Source: Methylophaga frappieri (lineage in GTDB: Bacteria > Pseudomonadota > Gammaproteobacteria > Nitrosococcales > Methylophagaceae). From it: a stretch of DNA of 32,000 nt. Numbering within the stretch: the stretch's first letter is position 1; each line of letters opens with the position of its first letter. Positions 1 to 9,923 of this stretch are shown here, one piece after another. The stretch is taken from positions 660,001 to 692,000 of the forward strand of contig NC_017856.1 of the NCBI RefSeq assembly GCF_000260965.1, written 5' to 3'. The notes beneath the pieces were generated by a model, which saw nothing but the letters and a program-made list of their open reading frames with translations, did not search any database and was not told the origin of the DNA. A program made the translations under genes and the position numbers.

Positions 1-103
1 CAAAGCGGCTAAGCATACCGCAGGCACCGCCGCGCTTAAAGCGCGACGTAAATGAAATTGAAAATCAGACGGTCGGCTTGTTCCCGTAACGATAAACCGG
101 ATT

Positions 104-490
104 TCACACTTTAAACTCTTCCAGCTTATGTCCTTTTTGTAGCGCTTCAGCCAGCCATAGCGGCCGCTTACCAAAGCCTTTCCATGTTTTATTTTCATCT
201 TCGGGGTGCCGATATTTAACTGGTGTTTCAGAACGGCTTTTCCGATTTGGCGTCATCGCGATACGCAAGTTTTTCGCGACCGCACTAAGTGCCTCAGCAG
301 GTGGCACTTTTTTACTCTTGGCTAATTCACGTAAGGCATTGGCAACGGCAATCACATCCGGATCTTTGCTATTTACAACAGCAACTTTCTTGGTTTTAAG
401 TTTTTTAATTTGTTTTTTGGATTGGTGAATTAGTTTTTGTAATTCCTGCTCGGAAAAATCATTTAAATTCACATCAGATAATTTGCTCAT
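104..490 (-). CDS. H-NS family nucleoid-associated DNA-binding protein
   Basis: 128-aa ORF. The N-terminus is charged and helical (EQELQKLIHQSKKQIKKLK). The C-terminus carries the H-NS-type DNA-binding motif TWKGFGKRPLWL (cf. TWxGxGRxPxW). The gene looks AT-rich by eye. Confidence 0.7.
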   Translation of the reverse strand: MSKLSDVNLNDFSEQELQKLIHQSKKQIKKLKTKKVAVVNSKDPDVIAVANALRELAKSKKVPPAEALSAVAKNLRIAMTPNRKSRSETPVKYRHPEDENKTWKGFGKRPLWLAEALQKGHKLEEFKV

Positions 491-556
491 TTGCTCATCT
501 CGACTATTTGGTTTTGGCGAAATAGATTAACCACTTTGCAAAACAAAGAAAAAACC

Positions 557-817
<261 letters not shown>

Positions 818-848
818 TCACTAACAGAAAAACTTATAGATCATAACG

Positions 849-1376
<528 letters not shown>

Positions 1377-1445
1377 TTACGTTATCTCTGAATTCGCTGA
1401 AATCAAGACGCGTTTAATGCATCGAAAAAGTATCTATTTTTTACT

Positions 1446-2399
1446 TCATTCGGTTTGTTTCGGTAATGCCTGTAATAGGCCATGAGCGATAGCGGGCTGC
1501 ACCACTAAACCATGGTTAAGATGATTGAGTTCAATCACACCTTTGGTTTCCACAAATGTCTCGATATAACGCATAAACTGTTTGGCATCCGGCAACATGA
1601 CTTCCCGTTCTTCACCACCGACATAAACCGATAGGTGCTTTTGGTTTAATTGACGCTCCAATAACGCGGGACTGTCATGCCAAGTTTGCTTTAATTGGTT
1701 TAACAGATGGTTGTCATGCCACCAAAGTGAGGGACTGACAGCGATAAAGTGCTGATAATAGCCCGGGTTATTGAGTAACGTATTTAATGTAAACAACCCG
1801 CCAAGAGAATGGCCGTTCAAAGTGTAATTATCTTTATCCACATCATAGTGCGCGGCTAACCATGGTTTAAGCTGTTTCTCAATAAATTCACCTAACGCGG
1901 CTGCACCACCATAATTGACTGGCCCGTTTCTTCGCATATGCGCAAGGGGTTGTTTGGCAGGCAATGCCGTTGCTGGAGTAAAATCATACCAGCGCCGTTT
2001 CGTATCATAAGGCTCTGTAATGTCATATCCGATGCCGACAAGAATAGCTGGCTGTATGCCCTTGGGATGACGACTTGCCAGTCGTATCTGCTCTGCTACC
2101 GGCCGAAAGCAGGCATTAGCGTCCAATAAAAATATGACCGGAAACCCCGCATCTGGCACCTCACTATCAGGTACAGACACATAAATCCGACGTGTTTGAT
2201 AGGCCGGTTCGTCTTGTTTAGCAAAATTATCGTGCATCTCAAATTCGACCGCATTGGTCACCAGCACGGGTCTCGATTGCACAGCAAGTTCCGCTTTCAC
2301 CGTGTTTGAACAGGTAATTACAAAACTTAACCCCGCCATCAGCCAAAACAGACTTGCTGATGAACGCGTCACTGTGCGAAAAAATAAGTTTTGGACCAC
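1446..2399 (-). CDS. Secreted alpha/beta-hydrolase, putative esterase (esterase D / IroE-like family)
   Basis: 317 aa with a GTG start and an N-terminal hydrophobic signal-like segment (LFWLMAGLSFVITCSNTVKA). It has the nucleophile elbow GHSLGG plus FPVIFLLDAN and SPSLWW blocks typical of the 'putative esterase' fold used by siderophore esterases. Confidence 0.7.
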   Translation of the reverse strand: MVQNLFFRTVTRSSASLFWLMAGLSFVITCSNTVKAELAVQSRPVLVTNAVEFEMHDNFAKQDEPAYQTRRIYVSVPDSEVPDAGFPVIFLLDANACFRPVAEQIRLASRHPKGIQPAILVGIGYDITEPYDTKRRWYDFTPATALPAKQPLAHMRRNGPVNYGGAAALGEFIEKQLKPWLAAHYDVDKDNYTLNGHSLGGLFTLNTLLNNPGYYQHFIAVSPSLWWHDNHLLNQLKQTWHDSPALLERQLNQKHLSVYVGGEEREVMLPDAKQFMRYIETFVETKGVIELNHLNHGLVVQPAIAHGLLQALPKQTE

Positions 2400-2502
2400 C
2401 CTGCCCCTTCGTTTTTGTTAAGCCGAACCGTTGGTATGCCGGGCATGAGGCAGCAAAACCGGTTGAAACAAGCTGATTTACTGCACTGGTTATAAAGTCG
2501 GT

Positions 2503-3087
2503 CTAGGCTGCTCTGGCAAACAAACAATAAGTGACATCACCTGCCGTTTTCGACTTTTGCATTTGCCAATTTTCCGGTAGCACTGGCACTGCCTGACCGG
2601 CCGGATATTCCAGATATATAAGACTGTGCGGCTGCAATAATTTGCGCTCTTCCAGCAATTCCGCCACCGATTGCCAATACTGTAATCGATAGGGAGGGTC
2701 GAGAAAAACGACATCATAGGGCTGTGATGTTTCCGTCAACATCATCCTGACATCTTGCCTGAATAATCGACACTCACCGGCCTGCAACTGCTGTTGCGTT
2801 GCGTTCAACAAAGCAAATGCTTGCTTGTCCTGTTCGACCAAATCGACTGATCTTGCACCACGGGAAGCGGCTTCAAACCCCAGCACACCGCTGCCGGCGA
2901 AGGCATCCAGACAATGAGCGCCACCCAGATCGGCCTGCAACCAGTTAAATACGGTTTCTCGTACCCTGTCGGGTGTCGGTCTTAAATCAGACAAATCAGC
3001 GAAACTGATTTTTCGTCCTCGCCAGCGGCCGCCAATGATGCGGACGCTGCCAGACGAATTTGATTTATTCTTCGACTTTGCCACCAA
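2503..3087 (-). CDS. rsmD: 16S rRNA (guanine966-N2)-methyltransferase
   Basis: RIIGGRWRGRKI, the SAM-binding LDAFAGSGVLGFEAASRGA and the DPPY motif all match RsmD. The start is non-ATG (TTG 3087 or GTG 3084) and overlaps the end of the upstream peptidase gene. Confidence 0.88.
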   Translation of the reverse strand: MVAKSKNKSNSSGSVRIIGGRWRGRKISFADLSDLRPTPDRVRETVFNWLQADLGGAHCLDAFAGSGVLGFEAASRGARSVDLVEQDKQAFALLNATQQQLQAGECRLFRQDVRMMLTETSQPYDVVFLDPPYRLQYWQSVAELLEERKLLQPHSLIYLEYPAGQAVPVLPENWQMQKSKTAGDVTYCLFARAA

Positions 3088-4372
3088 CTAATACCGTAAC
3101 CATTTTTTCCGGGTGAATTCGCCGTTCAAATGCCTCTTGAATTTGCGTCGCAGTCACGGCATTGACTTTCTCATTCAGCGTTTCCAGATAATCGAGCGGT
3201 AAATCATAAAAGCCAATTGCGCCCAGATAATCGGCAATTTTACTGTTGCTATCTACGCGCAGCGGAAAACCACCGGTAATATTCTGTTTGGCCGCCGCTA
3301 ACTGTTCTGCAGTTGGACCATTTTCAACAAAGCGCGTCAGGGTTTGTTTCAGTACTTCCAAGGCTTCATCAGCCTGCGCATTGCGCGTCTGTAAGCCAAG
3401 TTGATAAGGACCAGCTTCACGCATCGGCTGAAAATAGCTGTAGGAACTATAACTTAACCCCCGTTTTTCCCGAATTTCGTTGCTGATCAAAGACACCAGA
3501 CCACTACCACCCAGAATGTGATTACCGACATAAAGTGGAAAATAATCCGGATCATTTCTGGTCATGCCAGGTTGACCAACGAACAAGTGGGTTTGTGAAG
3601 ACGGAAACGCAATGTGCTCAAAACTGGCTTCAGTCAATGCATCAACGGCTGGCAAAGCCGCCGCTTTGTCTCCCGGGTTTAACGATTGGCTCAAATTATC
3701 AGCAATTTTTCTTGCCTGTTGTTCTGTAATTGCCCCCACCAAAACCAGCGTTGCATTACCTGCCACATAGTAGCGATCAAAAAATCGTTGCAAATGTTCA
3801 GGTGTGATTTTTTCAAGACTCGCCATATCACCAGCAGGCATACGGTGATAGGGATGATCTCCAAATAGCGCAGCATAGAAGGCTCTTTCACCAATAGACT
3901 TGGGCGATTGCTGCTCTGCCTGCAAACGTGTTTTCAGCTGATTCTTTAAGCGTGCAAAGGGCGCTTCAGGGAAAATCGGTTCACTGGCCAGCTGGGTAAA
4001 CATCGCTAATGCCGGTTCCAGTGCATCCTTTTTCGTCAATGTCCTGAGTTTAAGCAGCGCCATGTCACGCTCAGAACTTGTACTGAAATTGGCACCAACA
4101 TTATCAAAGCTGGCGGCAATCGCATCACTGTCAGCTTGTTTGGTACCTTCATCAAGCATGGCATTGGTCATTAAAGCTGTGCCAGGCAGCGCGCCATCAC
4201 GGGCGGCACCGGCATCAAAAATGAGCCTAACATCCAGCATGGGCAACTCAGGTGCTGCCACAAAATAGACTCGCGTCCCTTGCTCAGTCTGCCAATGTTG
4301 AATATCGGGGGATGCAGCAGCCGACAGACTCAGCAGGATGGCAGAAATAAATACAACGAACTTAGTGATCAT
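3065..4372 (-). CDS. M16 family peptidase, non-catalytic-type subunit (no HxxEH)
   Basis: Insulinase-fold sequence with a signal peptide (MITKFVVFISAILLSLSAAASP) when started at the ATG at 4372. The position equivalent to the zinc motif reads AMLDEGT, so HxxEH is absent. Its start overlaps the stop of the upstream M16 gene by 11 nt. Confidence 0.8.
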   Translation of the reverse strand: MITKFVVFISAILLSLSAAASPDIQHWQTEQGTRVYFVAAPELPMLDVRLIFDAGAARDGALPGTALMTNAMLDEGTKQADSDAIAASFDNVGANFSTSSERDMALLKLRTLTKKDALEPALAMFTQLASEPIFPEAPFARLKNQLKTRLQAEQQSPKSIGERAFYAALFGDHPYHRMPAGDMASLEKITPEHLQRFFDRYYVAGNATLVLVGAITEQQARKIADNLSQSLNPGDKAAALPAVDALTEASFEHIAFPSSQTHLFVGQPGMTRNDPDYFPLYVGNHILGGSGLVSLISNEIREKRGLSYSSYSYFQPMREAGPYQLGLQTRNAQADEALEVLKQTLTRFVENGPTAEQLAAAKQNITGGFPLRVDSNSKIADYLGAIGFYDLPLDYLETLNEKVNAVTATQIQEAFERRIHPEKMVTVLVGGKVEE

Positions 4373-5735
4373 GGGTTTCTCCTGCAGCCTGATTTTCCTC
4401 GACTGAATTCGACTTGGTCGCGAGCGGTACAAGCTCAGCAACCGTCAGACGGACATCATTGAAATATCGTTGGGCAACCTGTTGAACCTGAGCTGCAGTA
4501 ACGGCCTGAATATGGTCGACATAGTCTTCGCCAACCTGCCAATCAAGACCAATCGTCTCTAACATGCCCAATTGCATCGCCTGATAAAAAACACTGTCTT
4601 TCTCATAAACCTCATCGGCGACAACTTGCGTTTTGACGCGTTGTAGCTCAACGTCACTGACCGGGTTCGCTTTAATTTCATCAAGCTGCGCCATAATCGC
4701 TTTTTGTAAGGCATCAACGGACTTACCCTGAGCTGGTGTACCACCAATAACAAACAAATCATCTAATCTGGAAAAGCTGCTGTTGTAGGCACTAATACCG
4801 GCAGCAACCTGCTGTTCACGCACCAGCTGCCGTTGAAAGCGACTGCTACTACTGCCGCTGAGAATGCCGGCAAGCACATCCAGCGCATAGGGCTCCCATG
4901 CTGTTTCCGCTGTGGTAACAACAGGCACTTTCCAGCCCATCATCAGCGACGGCAATGTTGCCGGCAATTGCATCTGAATATCACGTTTACCGCGCTGCTC
5001 AACCTCGATCTGAGGTTTGGGCGGTATCACCGTCTCTGGCTGCAAGGGACCAAAGTATTGTTTGGCCAAGGCGTGCACAGCATTGGGCTCAACATCACCA
5101 ACCACAACGACAATCGCGTTGTTGGGTGCGTACCATTGTTGATACCAGTCTTCGAGATCGGCTTTCTGATAATGTTGAATATCCTGCATCCAGCCGATAA
5201 CCGGGTGATGATAAGGGCTGTTCATAAAAGCCGTTGCGTTAAATGCTTCTCGCAACATACCCTGCGGATTATCATCTGTTCGCATACGGCGTTCTTCAGC
5301 AACGACATCACGCTCTTTAAGTAAGGCTTCTTCATCAATTTGCAGATTTCGCATGCGGTCTGCTTCCAGTTTGAAACTGACTTCCAGCCGGTCGGCACTG
5401 AGTGTTTGGAAATAAGCCGTGTAATCACGGCCCGTAAACGCGTTCTGACTACCGCCGTTATCGGCAATAATCTGGGAAAACTCGCCGGGTTTCAGATTTT
5501 TGGTACCGTTGAACATCATATGTTCCAGGATATGAGAAATACCCGTAATACCATTATATTCATAGCTAGAGCCGACTTTGTACCAAACCTGTGAAACAAC
5601 AACCGGCGCGCGGTTATCTGGTTTGACCAGTAGTTTAAGACCATTGTCCAATTCAAACTCGCTGACTTGTGCCGTTGCGACTAACGGCAAGATCAACAGT
5701 AAAAACCCAATTTTTTTTAAATGTTGCATCTGCAT
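4362..5735 (-). CDS. M16 family zinc peptidase (PqqL/insulinase-like), catalytic-type subunit
   Basis: Signal peptide (KKIGFLLLILPLVATAQV), an intact inverted zinc-binding motif HILEHMMF(NGT) and a downstream glutamate region (EERRMR). Confidence 0.85.
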   Translation of the reverse strand: MQMQHLKKIGFLLLILPLVATAQVSEFELDNGLKLLVKPDNRAPVVVSQVWYKVGSSYEYNGITGISHILEHMMFNGTKNLKPGEFSQIIADNGGSQNAFTGRDYTAYFQTLSADRLEVSFKLEADRMRNLQIDEEALLKERDVVAEERRMRTDDNPQGMLREAFNATAFMNSPYHHPVIGWMQDIQHYQKADLEDWYQQWYAPNNAIVVVVGDVEPNAVHALAKQYFGPLQPETVIPPKPQIEVEQRGKRDIQMQLPATLPSLMMGWKVPVVTTAETAWEPYALDVLAGILSGSSSSRFQRQLVREQQVAAGISAYNSSFSRLDDLFVIGGTPAQGKSVDALQKAIMAQLDEIKANPVSDVELQRVKTQVVADEVYEKDSVFYQAMQLGMLETIGLDWQVGEDYVDHIQAVTAAQVQQVAQRYFNDVRLTVAELVPLATKSNSVEENQAAGETHDH

Positions 5736-5751
5736 CTCACATTTAATGACG

Positions 5752-5760
5752 TGGTAAGAT
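5752..5760 (+). promoter_or_regulatory. Possible extended -10 element (TGgTAAGAT) for ftsYEX
   Basis: TGgTAAGAT lies 33 nt upstream of the ftsY ATG at 5793, in the divergent region shared with the M16 gene. No well-spaced -35 is present (TTGCAT at 5724-5729 is 25 nt away). Confidence 0.3.
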
Positions 5761-5792
5761 CAAAAATCGAAGTCAATCGACCAAAAAAATCC

Positions 5793-6842
5793 ATGTTTAG
5801 TTTCCTGAAAAAAAAATCTCGCACACCGGATACCGTTGCAGAGACAGCTGCTGAAGCAGCACCCTACCAGACCGATACCGCGCCTGCAGCACAATCTGTA
5901 GCAGATAAGCGCCCCGGCATATTTAATCGTCTTCGACAAGGCCTGAAACGGACCAGTCAGCAACTCACAGATGGGTTTGCTAACTTGTTGCTGGGTAAAA
6001 AAGAAATCGATGACGATTTGCTTGAGGAACTGGAAACCCAATTACTTTCCGCCGATTTGGGTATCGATGCCACCCAGGCTATTATTTCCGATCTCACTCA
6101 GCAAGTTGCGCGCAAACAGCTCTCTGATCCAGAAGCCTTGTTCACGGCATTGCGTAATAACATGGTTGCCATGCTGAAACCGGTGGCACAACCGCTGCAG
6201 CTCGACCCTTCAAACGGCCCTTTCGTGATTTTGATGGTGGGCATTAACGGTGTTGGTAAAACGACAACTATCGGTAAGCTGGCAAAACAATATCAACAAC
6301 AGGGACATGCCGTCATGCTGGCGGCCGGCGACACGTTTCGAGCCGCCGCAGTTGAACAATTGCAAGTCTGGGGGGAGCGTAATCAAATTCCGGTTATTGC
6401 CCAACAGCATGGTGCCGATTCCGCTTCCGTGATTTTTGATGCACTGCAGGCTGCCAAGGCCCGCAAGATTGATGTCCTGATCGCCGATACTGCGGGACGC
6501 TTGCATACCCAATCCAATCTTATGGAAGAGTTGAAAAAAGTGAAACGTGTGATGAGTAAGATCGACCCCATTGCGCCACACGAAATCATGCTGGTAGTCG
6601 ATGCCGGTACCGGACAGAATGCACTATCTCAGGCGAAACAATTTCATGCCGCAGTTGGGCTGACAGGCATTACGCTCACCAAACTCGATGGCACTGCCAA
6701 GGGCGGTATTATTTTCGCAATTGCACACCAAACCGGACTACCGATTCGATATATCGGTATAGGTGAGCAAATCGATGATTTGCGCACTTTTGAAGCAGAC
6801 GATTTCGTCGATGCGTTATTGGGGCGTGAAGACGCAGCATGA
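5793..6842 (+). CDS. ftsY: Signal recognition particle receptor FtsY
   Basis: SRP-GTPase NG domain: GINGVGKTTTIGKLA (G1), DTAGRL (G3), TKLDGTAKGG (G4). The start is chosen at MFSFLKKK (5793). The ORF-track start at 5721 would overlap the divergent M16 gene start. Confidence 0.93.
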   Translation: MFSFLKKKSRTPDTVAETAAEAAPYQTDTAPAAQSVADKRPGIFNRLRQGLKRTSQQLTDGFANLLLGKKEIDDDLLEELETQLLSADLGIDATQAIISDLTQQVARKQLSDPEALFTALRNNMVAMLKPVAQPLQLDPSNGPFVILMVGINGVGKTTTIGKLAKQYQQQGHAVMLAAGDTFRAAAVEQLQVWGERNQIPVIAQQHGADSASVIFDALQAAKARKIDVLIADTAGRLHTQSNLMEELKKVKRVMSKIDPIAPHEIMLVVDAGTGQNALSQAKQFHAAVGLTGITLTKLDGTAKGGIIFAIAHQTGLPIRYIGIGEQIDDLRTFEADDFVDALLGREDAA

Positions 6843-7495
6843 TTCAGTTTAATGATGTTTATAAGCGTTACCCCAATCAGTACGAAGCTTTATCTGGACT
6901 TAGTTTTGAACTTGATAAAGGTGAAATGGCCTTTTTAACCGGCCACTCCGGGGCGGGTAAAAGTACGCTTTTGAAGTTAATTGCTTTGATTGAACGGAGT
7001 TCACACGGACAAGTCATTGTCAATAATCAAAATCTTGGCCGGCTGCCGAAATGGAAGATTCCTTATTATCGCCGCAAAATCGGGCTGGTGTTTCAAGACC
7101 ATAATCTGCTTCACGACAGAACCGTATTTGATAATGTCGCTCTGCCGCTCATCATTGCGGGTGAAAATCATCGAGAAATCGGTCGGCGCGTCCGCGCTGC
7201 ACTTGATAAAGTCGGGCTGTTGTCAAAAGAGCGAACGCATCCCATCGCCTTATCAGGGGGTGAACAACAACGTGTTGGCATTGCTCGTGCCGTAGTCAAT
7301 CGCCCCCCTGTTTTACTTGCAGACGAACCAACCGGCAATCTTGATCCGACACTATCTCAAGAAATCATGGCGCTTTTTACCCAATTCAATCAGGTCGGTG
7401 TTACCGTCTTTATCGCCAGTCATGATCAGGAGTTAATTAATCGCCTGCCGTACCGACGCATCACCTTGAATCATGGCCGACTGGCGGTCCAATAA
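6839..7495 (+). CDS. ftsE: Cell division ABC transporter ATP-binding protein FtsE
   Basis: Walker [10 protein letters not shown], signature LSGGEQQR and Walker B LLADEPTG. The ATGA start overlaps the ftsY stop, in the conserved ftsYEX order. Confidence 0.93.
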   Translation: MIQFNDVYKRYPNQYEALSGLSFELDKGEMAFLTGHSGAGKSTLLKLIALIERSSHGQVIVNNQNLGRLPKWKIPYYRRKIGLVFQDHNLLHDRTVFDNVALPLIIAGENHREIGRRVRAALDKVGLLSKERTHPIALSGGEQQRVGIARAVVNRPPVLLADEPTGNLDPTLSQEIMALFTQFNQVGVTVFIASHDQELINRLPYRRITLNHGRLAVQ

Positions 7496-8424
7496 TGCCG
7501 ATGTTCAAATTAGATAATTATTTACTTCGCCATGCTCAAGTGGCGTTAACCAGTTTAGGCGAGTTATGGCGACAGCCATTATCCAGCACCATGACTATTC
7601 TCGTTATTGGCATTGCCTTATCCCTGCCAGCCGGTCTGTTTGTGTTACTGAAAAATGTAGAACAACTCAGCGGTGAATGGCAGCAAGCCAGTCGTATCTC
7701 AGTATTTTTGAAAGCGGAGGTCAGTGATAGTCATGGTCAGCAATTGGTTGATCAACTGACAAATTGGCCGGCAATCAACAACATTGAATTTCAATCCGCT
7801 GCCGCGTCTTTGGCTGAATTTCGACAACTATCCGGTTTGGGTGAGGTGATTGATACCTTACCGCACAACCCATTACCAGCAGTTATCATCATTGAGCCCG
7901 CTGAGCAGGATATTTCTTCGCACAGCCATCAGGACTTACTGGAGCGACTGCAACAGCTCGCAGAGGTGGAACAAGCCCAACTGGATTTACAATGGCTGCT
8001 CCGCTTGCAACAACTCAGGCAAACAGGTGAACGTGGCATTGCAGTTCTGGCCGCATTACTGTCATTGAGTGTGTTATTGGTCATCGGCAATACCATTCGT
8101 CTGGCAATATTGAACCGGCAAAGTGAAATAAAGGTCATTAAATTGGTCGGCGGTACCAACACTTTTGTCCGCCGCCCCTTTCTTTACACCGGATTCTGGT
8201 ATGGTCTGATTGGCGGCCTGATTGCCTGGATAACGGTATTAATTGGCTTGGCCATCATTAGTGGCCCCATCAACAAACTGGCGTTGCTGTATGAAAGTCA
8301 ATTTAGCTTGCAATGGCTTGCTGGCCAGCTCTTGATATTTTTGCCTGCCGCCGGAATATTATTGGGTACGGGGGGCGCATGGCTGGCAGTAAGCCGGCAT
8401 TTGGATGCGATTGAACCCAGTTAA
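7495..8424 (+). CDS. ftsX: Cell division permease-like protein FtsX
   Basis: 309 aa with four predicted TM segments, a periplasmic loop and C-terminal FtsX-type TM helices. A TAATG junction joins it to ftsE. Confidence 0.9.
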   Translation: MPMFKLDNYLLRHAQVALTSLGELWRQPLSSTMTILVIGIALSLPAGLFVLLKNVEQLSGEWQQASRISVFLKAEVSDSHGQQLVDQLTNWPAINNIEFQSAAASLAEFRQLSGLGEVIDTLPHNPLPAVIIIEPAEQDISSHSHQDLLERLQQLAEVEQAQLDLQWLLRLQQLRQTGERGIAVLAALLSLSVLLVIGNTIRLAILNRQSEIKVIKLVGGTNTFVRRPFLYTGFWYGLIGGLIAWITVLIGLAIISGPINKLALLYESQFSLQWLAGQLLIFLPAAGILLGTGGAWLAVSRHLDAIEPS

Positions 8425-8438
8425 ATCGGCCATTAAGT

Positions 8439-8465
8439 GAACTTTTTCCTGATTTTGCGCTCTAA
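8439..8465 (+). promoter_or_regulatory. Sigma-E (RpoE/AlgU)-type promoter candidate upstream of rpoH
   Basis: GAACTT (8439-8444), a 16-nt spacer, then TCTAA (8461-8465). The consensus is GGAACTT-N16-TCTGA/TCAAA. It lies 65 nt upstream of the rpoH ATG. rpoH is a known sigma-E/AlgU target in E. coli and P. aeruginosa. Confidence 0.45.
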
Positions 8466-8488
8466 TATTTTCATGAGATTTGAGCTAG

Positions 8489-8497
8489 TGCTAAAAT
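8489..8497 (+). promoter_or_regulatory. Possible sigma-70 extended -10 (TGcTAAAAT) for rpoH
   Basis: TGcTAAAAT lies 33 nt upstream of the rpoH ATG. The -35 is only weak (TTTCAT at 17-nt spacing). Confidence 0.35.
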
Positions 8498-8529
8498 CGC
8501 GAAACAAATATTGACAGGGAGACAGCCCT

Positions 8530-9393
8530 ATGACAGCAAACGACGTTGCGCAATATCAATTAGCTACTGCGCCGATCGGTAATCTTGATGCCTACACCAG
8601 TTTGGTGCATCAAATTCCGGTTTTGTCTGCGGAAGAAGAGCATGAGTTAGCCACCCGCCTGCAACAGCAAGGTGACTTGGACGCGGCACAGCGTCTGGTT
8701 CTGTCTCATCTGCGCTTTGTCGTCAAAATTGCTCGAGGCTACAGTGGTTATGGTCTGCCTGTTGCTGATTTGATCCAAGAAGGCAATATTGGTTTGATGA
8801 AAGCCGTTAAACGATTCGATCCAGACAAAGGGGTTCGCTTGGTTTCCTTTGCCGTGCATTGGATCCGTGCTGAAATTCATGAATATGTGATTCGCAACTG
8901 GCGCATCGTCAAAATTGCTACGACTAAAGCTCAACGTAAGTTGTTCTTTAACCTTCGGAGTGCGAAACAACGGTTAGGCTGGCTCAATCAAGAAGAAGTT
9001 GAATCAGTTGCCGAAGATCTGGGTGTGACGCCGGCAAACGTCATGGAAATGGAACGTCGCTTGGCTCAGCCTGACACGGCATTTGATTTGCCGAACGATA
9101 CCGACGACGAAGAAACCCACTTTTCTCCTTCGGCTTATCTGGCAGCGCCAGAAGGATCCGATCCTTCCATGCAATTGGAGCAGGACGATTATGCTGACTA
9201 TCAACAGCAAAAACTGGTTAATGCTTTGGCAACGTTGGATGAACGTAGTCGCGATATCATCAGTCAGCGATGGTTACAGGAAAACGATAAAGCCACATTG
9301 CATACATTGGCCGATCAATATCAAGTATCAGCAGAACGTATTCGGCAAATTGAAAGTAGCGCCATGAAAAAGCTGAAACAGCTTATGCATTAA
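8530..9393 (+). CDS. rpoH: RNA polymerase sigma-32 (heat-shock sigma factor)
   Basis: Sigma-70 family regions 2-4 are present. The RpoH-box-like QRKLFFNLR segment is present. [19 protein letters not shown] matches region 2.2-2.3. The gene follows ftsYEX, as in E. coli and Pseudomonas. SD GGGAGA lies upstream. Confidence 0.93.
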   Translation: MTANDVAQYQLATAPIGNLDAYTSLVHQIPVLSAEEEHELATRLQQQGDLDAAQRLVLSHLRFVVKIARGYSGYGLPVADLIQEGNIGLMKAVKRFDPDKGVRLVSFAVHWIRAEIHEYVIRNWRIVKIATTKAQRKLFFNLRSAKQRLGWLNQEEVESVAEDLGVTPANVMEMERRLAQPDTAFDLPNDTDDEETHFSPSAYLAAPEGSDPSMQLEQDDYADYQQQKLVNALATLDERSRDIISQRWLQENDKATLHTLADQYQVSAERIRQIESSAMKKLKQLMH

Positions 9394-9407
9394 TTGAAGT
9401 TGCATGT

Positions 9408-9439
9408 AAAAAAGCCCGCGCAATGCGGGCTTTTTGTTT
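9408..9439. terminator. Bidirectional rho-independent terminator between rpoH and fdxA
   Basis: AAAAAA-GCCCGC-gcaat-GCGGGC-TTTTTgTTT. A perfect 6-bp GC stem is flanked by an A-run and a T-run, and sits between convergent genes. Confidence 0.75.
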
Positions 9440-9458
9440 GGTCGTGACCATTATAAAT

Positions 9459-9782
9459 TTAGCGTTCCAGCATCTCTGTCTTGCCCGATTTACCATCCCA
9501 CTCCTCTGCATCAGGCAAAGGGTCTTTGCGCTCTGAAATAATTGGCCAGGTTTGGGATAACTCGGCATTGATATCCACAAATTTCATTTGCGCATCAGGC
9601 AAATCATCTTCAGAAAAAATAGCTTCAGCAGGACACTCCGGTTCACATAACGTGCAGTCAATACATTCATCCGGATCAATAACTAAAAAGTTAGGCCCCT
9701 CATGAAAACAATCTACCGGGCAAACATCAACGCAATCTGTATATTTACATTTAATACAGTTCTCGGTGACAACAAAGGCCAT
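9459..9782 (-). CDS. fdxA: 7Fe ferredoxin ([3Fe-4S][4Fe-4S], Azotobacter FdI type)
   Basis: [55 protein letters not shown] is near-identical in pattern to Azotobacter/Pseudomonas ferredoxin I. Length is 107 aa. Confidence 0.9.
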   Translation of the reverse strand: MAFVVTENCIKCKYTDCVDVCPVDCFHEGPNFLVIDPDECIDCTLCEPECPAEAIFSEDDLPDAQMKFVDINAELSQTWPIISERKDPLPDAEEWDGKSGKTEMLER

Positions 9783-9923
9783 GCTTAAATCTCCATAATA
9801 CTTTGCTTGCAGGCAATAACCTCTTCTTATGTCTTATTCTACATGAAACAACGATATTCTGGGCATTAGCCATATTGATGTATGATGTGAATTTAACCGA
9901 TTTTTATTAGTGCTTGGGAGTAC

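Noticed and set aside
2-55. Possible 3' end of a plus-strand gene (…KAAKHTAGTAALKARRK-stop), with a CGCGCTT-A-AAGCGCG palindrome at 31-45.
   Set aside because: Seventeen codons at a window edge are not enough to call a CDS or a family. The palindrome has an effectively 1-nt loop and no T-run, so it is not a terminator.
483-498. Tandem duplication of the octamer TTGCTCAT (minus strand ATGAGCAA ATGAGCAA). It creates a 3-codon mini-ORF (MSK-stop) whose TGA overlaps the H-NS start ATG.
   Set aside because: The only SD-like GAG is correctly spaced for the second ATG and abuts the first, so the mini-ORF is unlikely to be translated. An 8-nt duplication is most simply a slippage scar. It is noted but not considered functional.
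6184-6199. Sigma-54-like element TGGCAC-N5-CTGCA.
   Set aside because: It lies inside the ftsY coding region, about 640 nt from the next start codon. It has a mismatch in the -12 element and no enhancer-binding-protein context. It is most likely a chance match.
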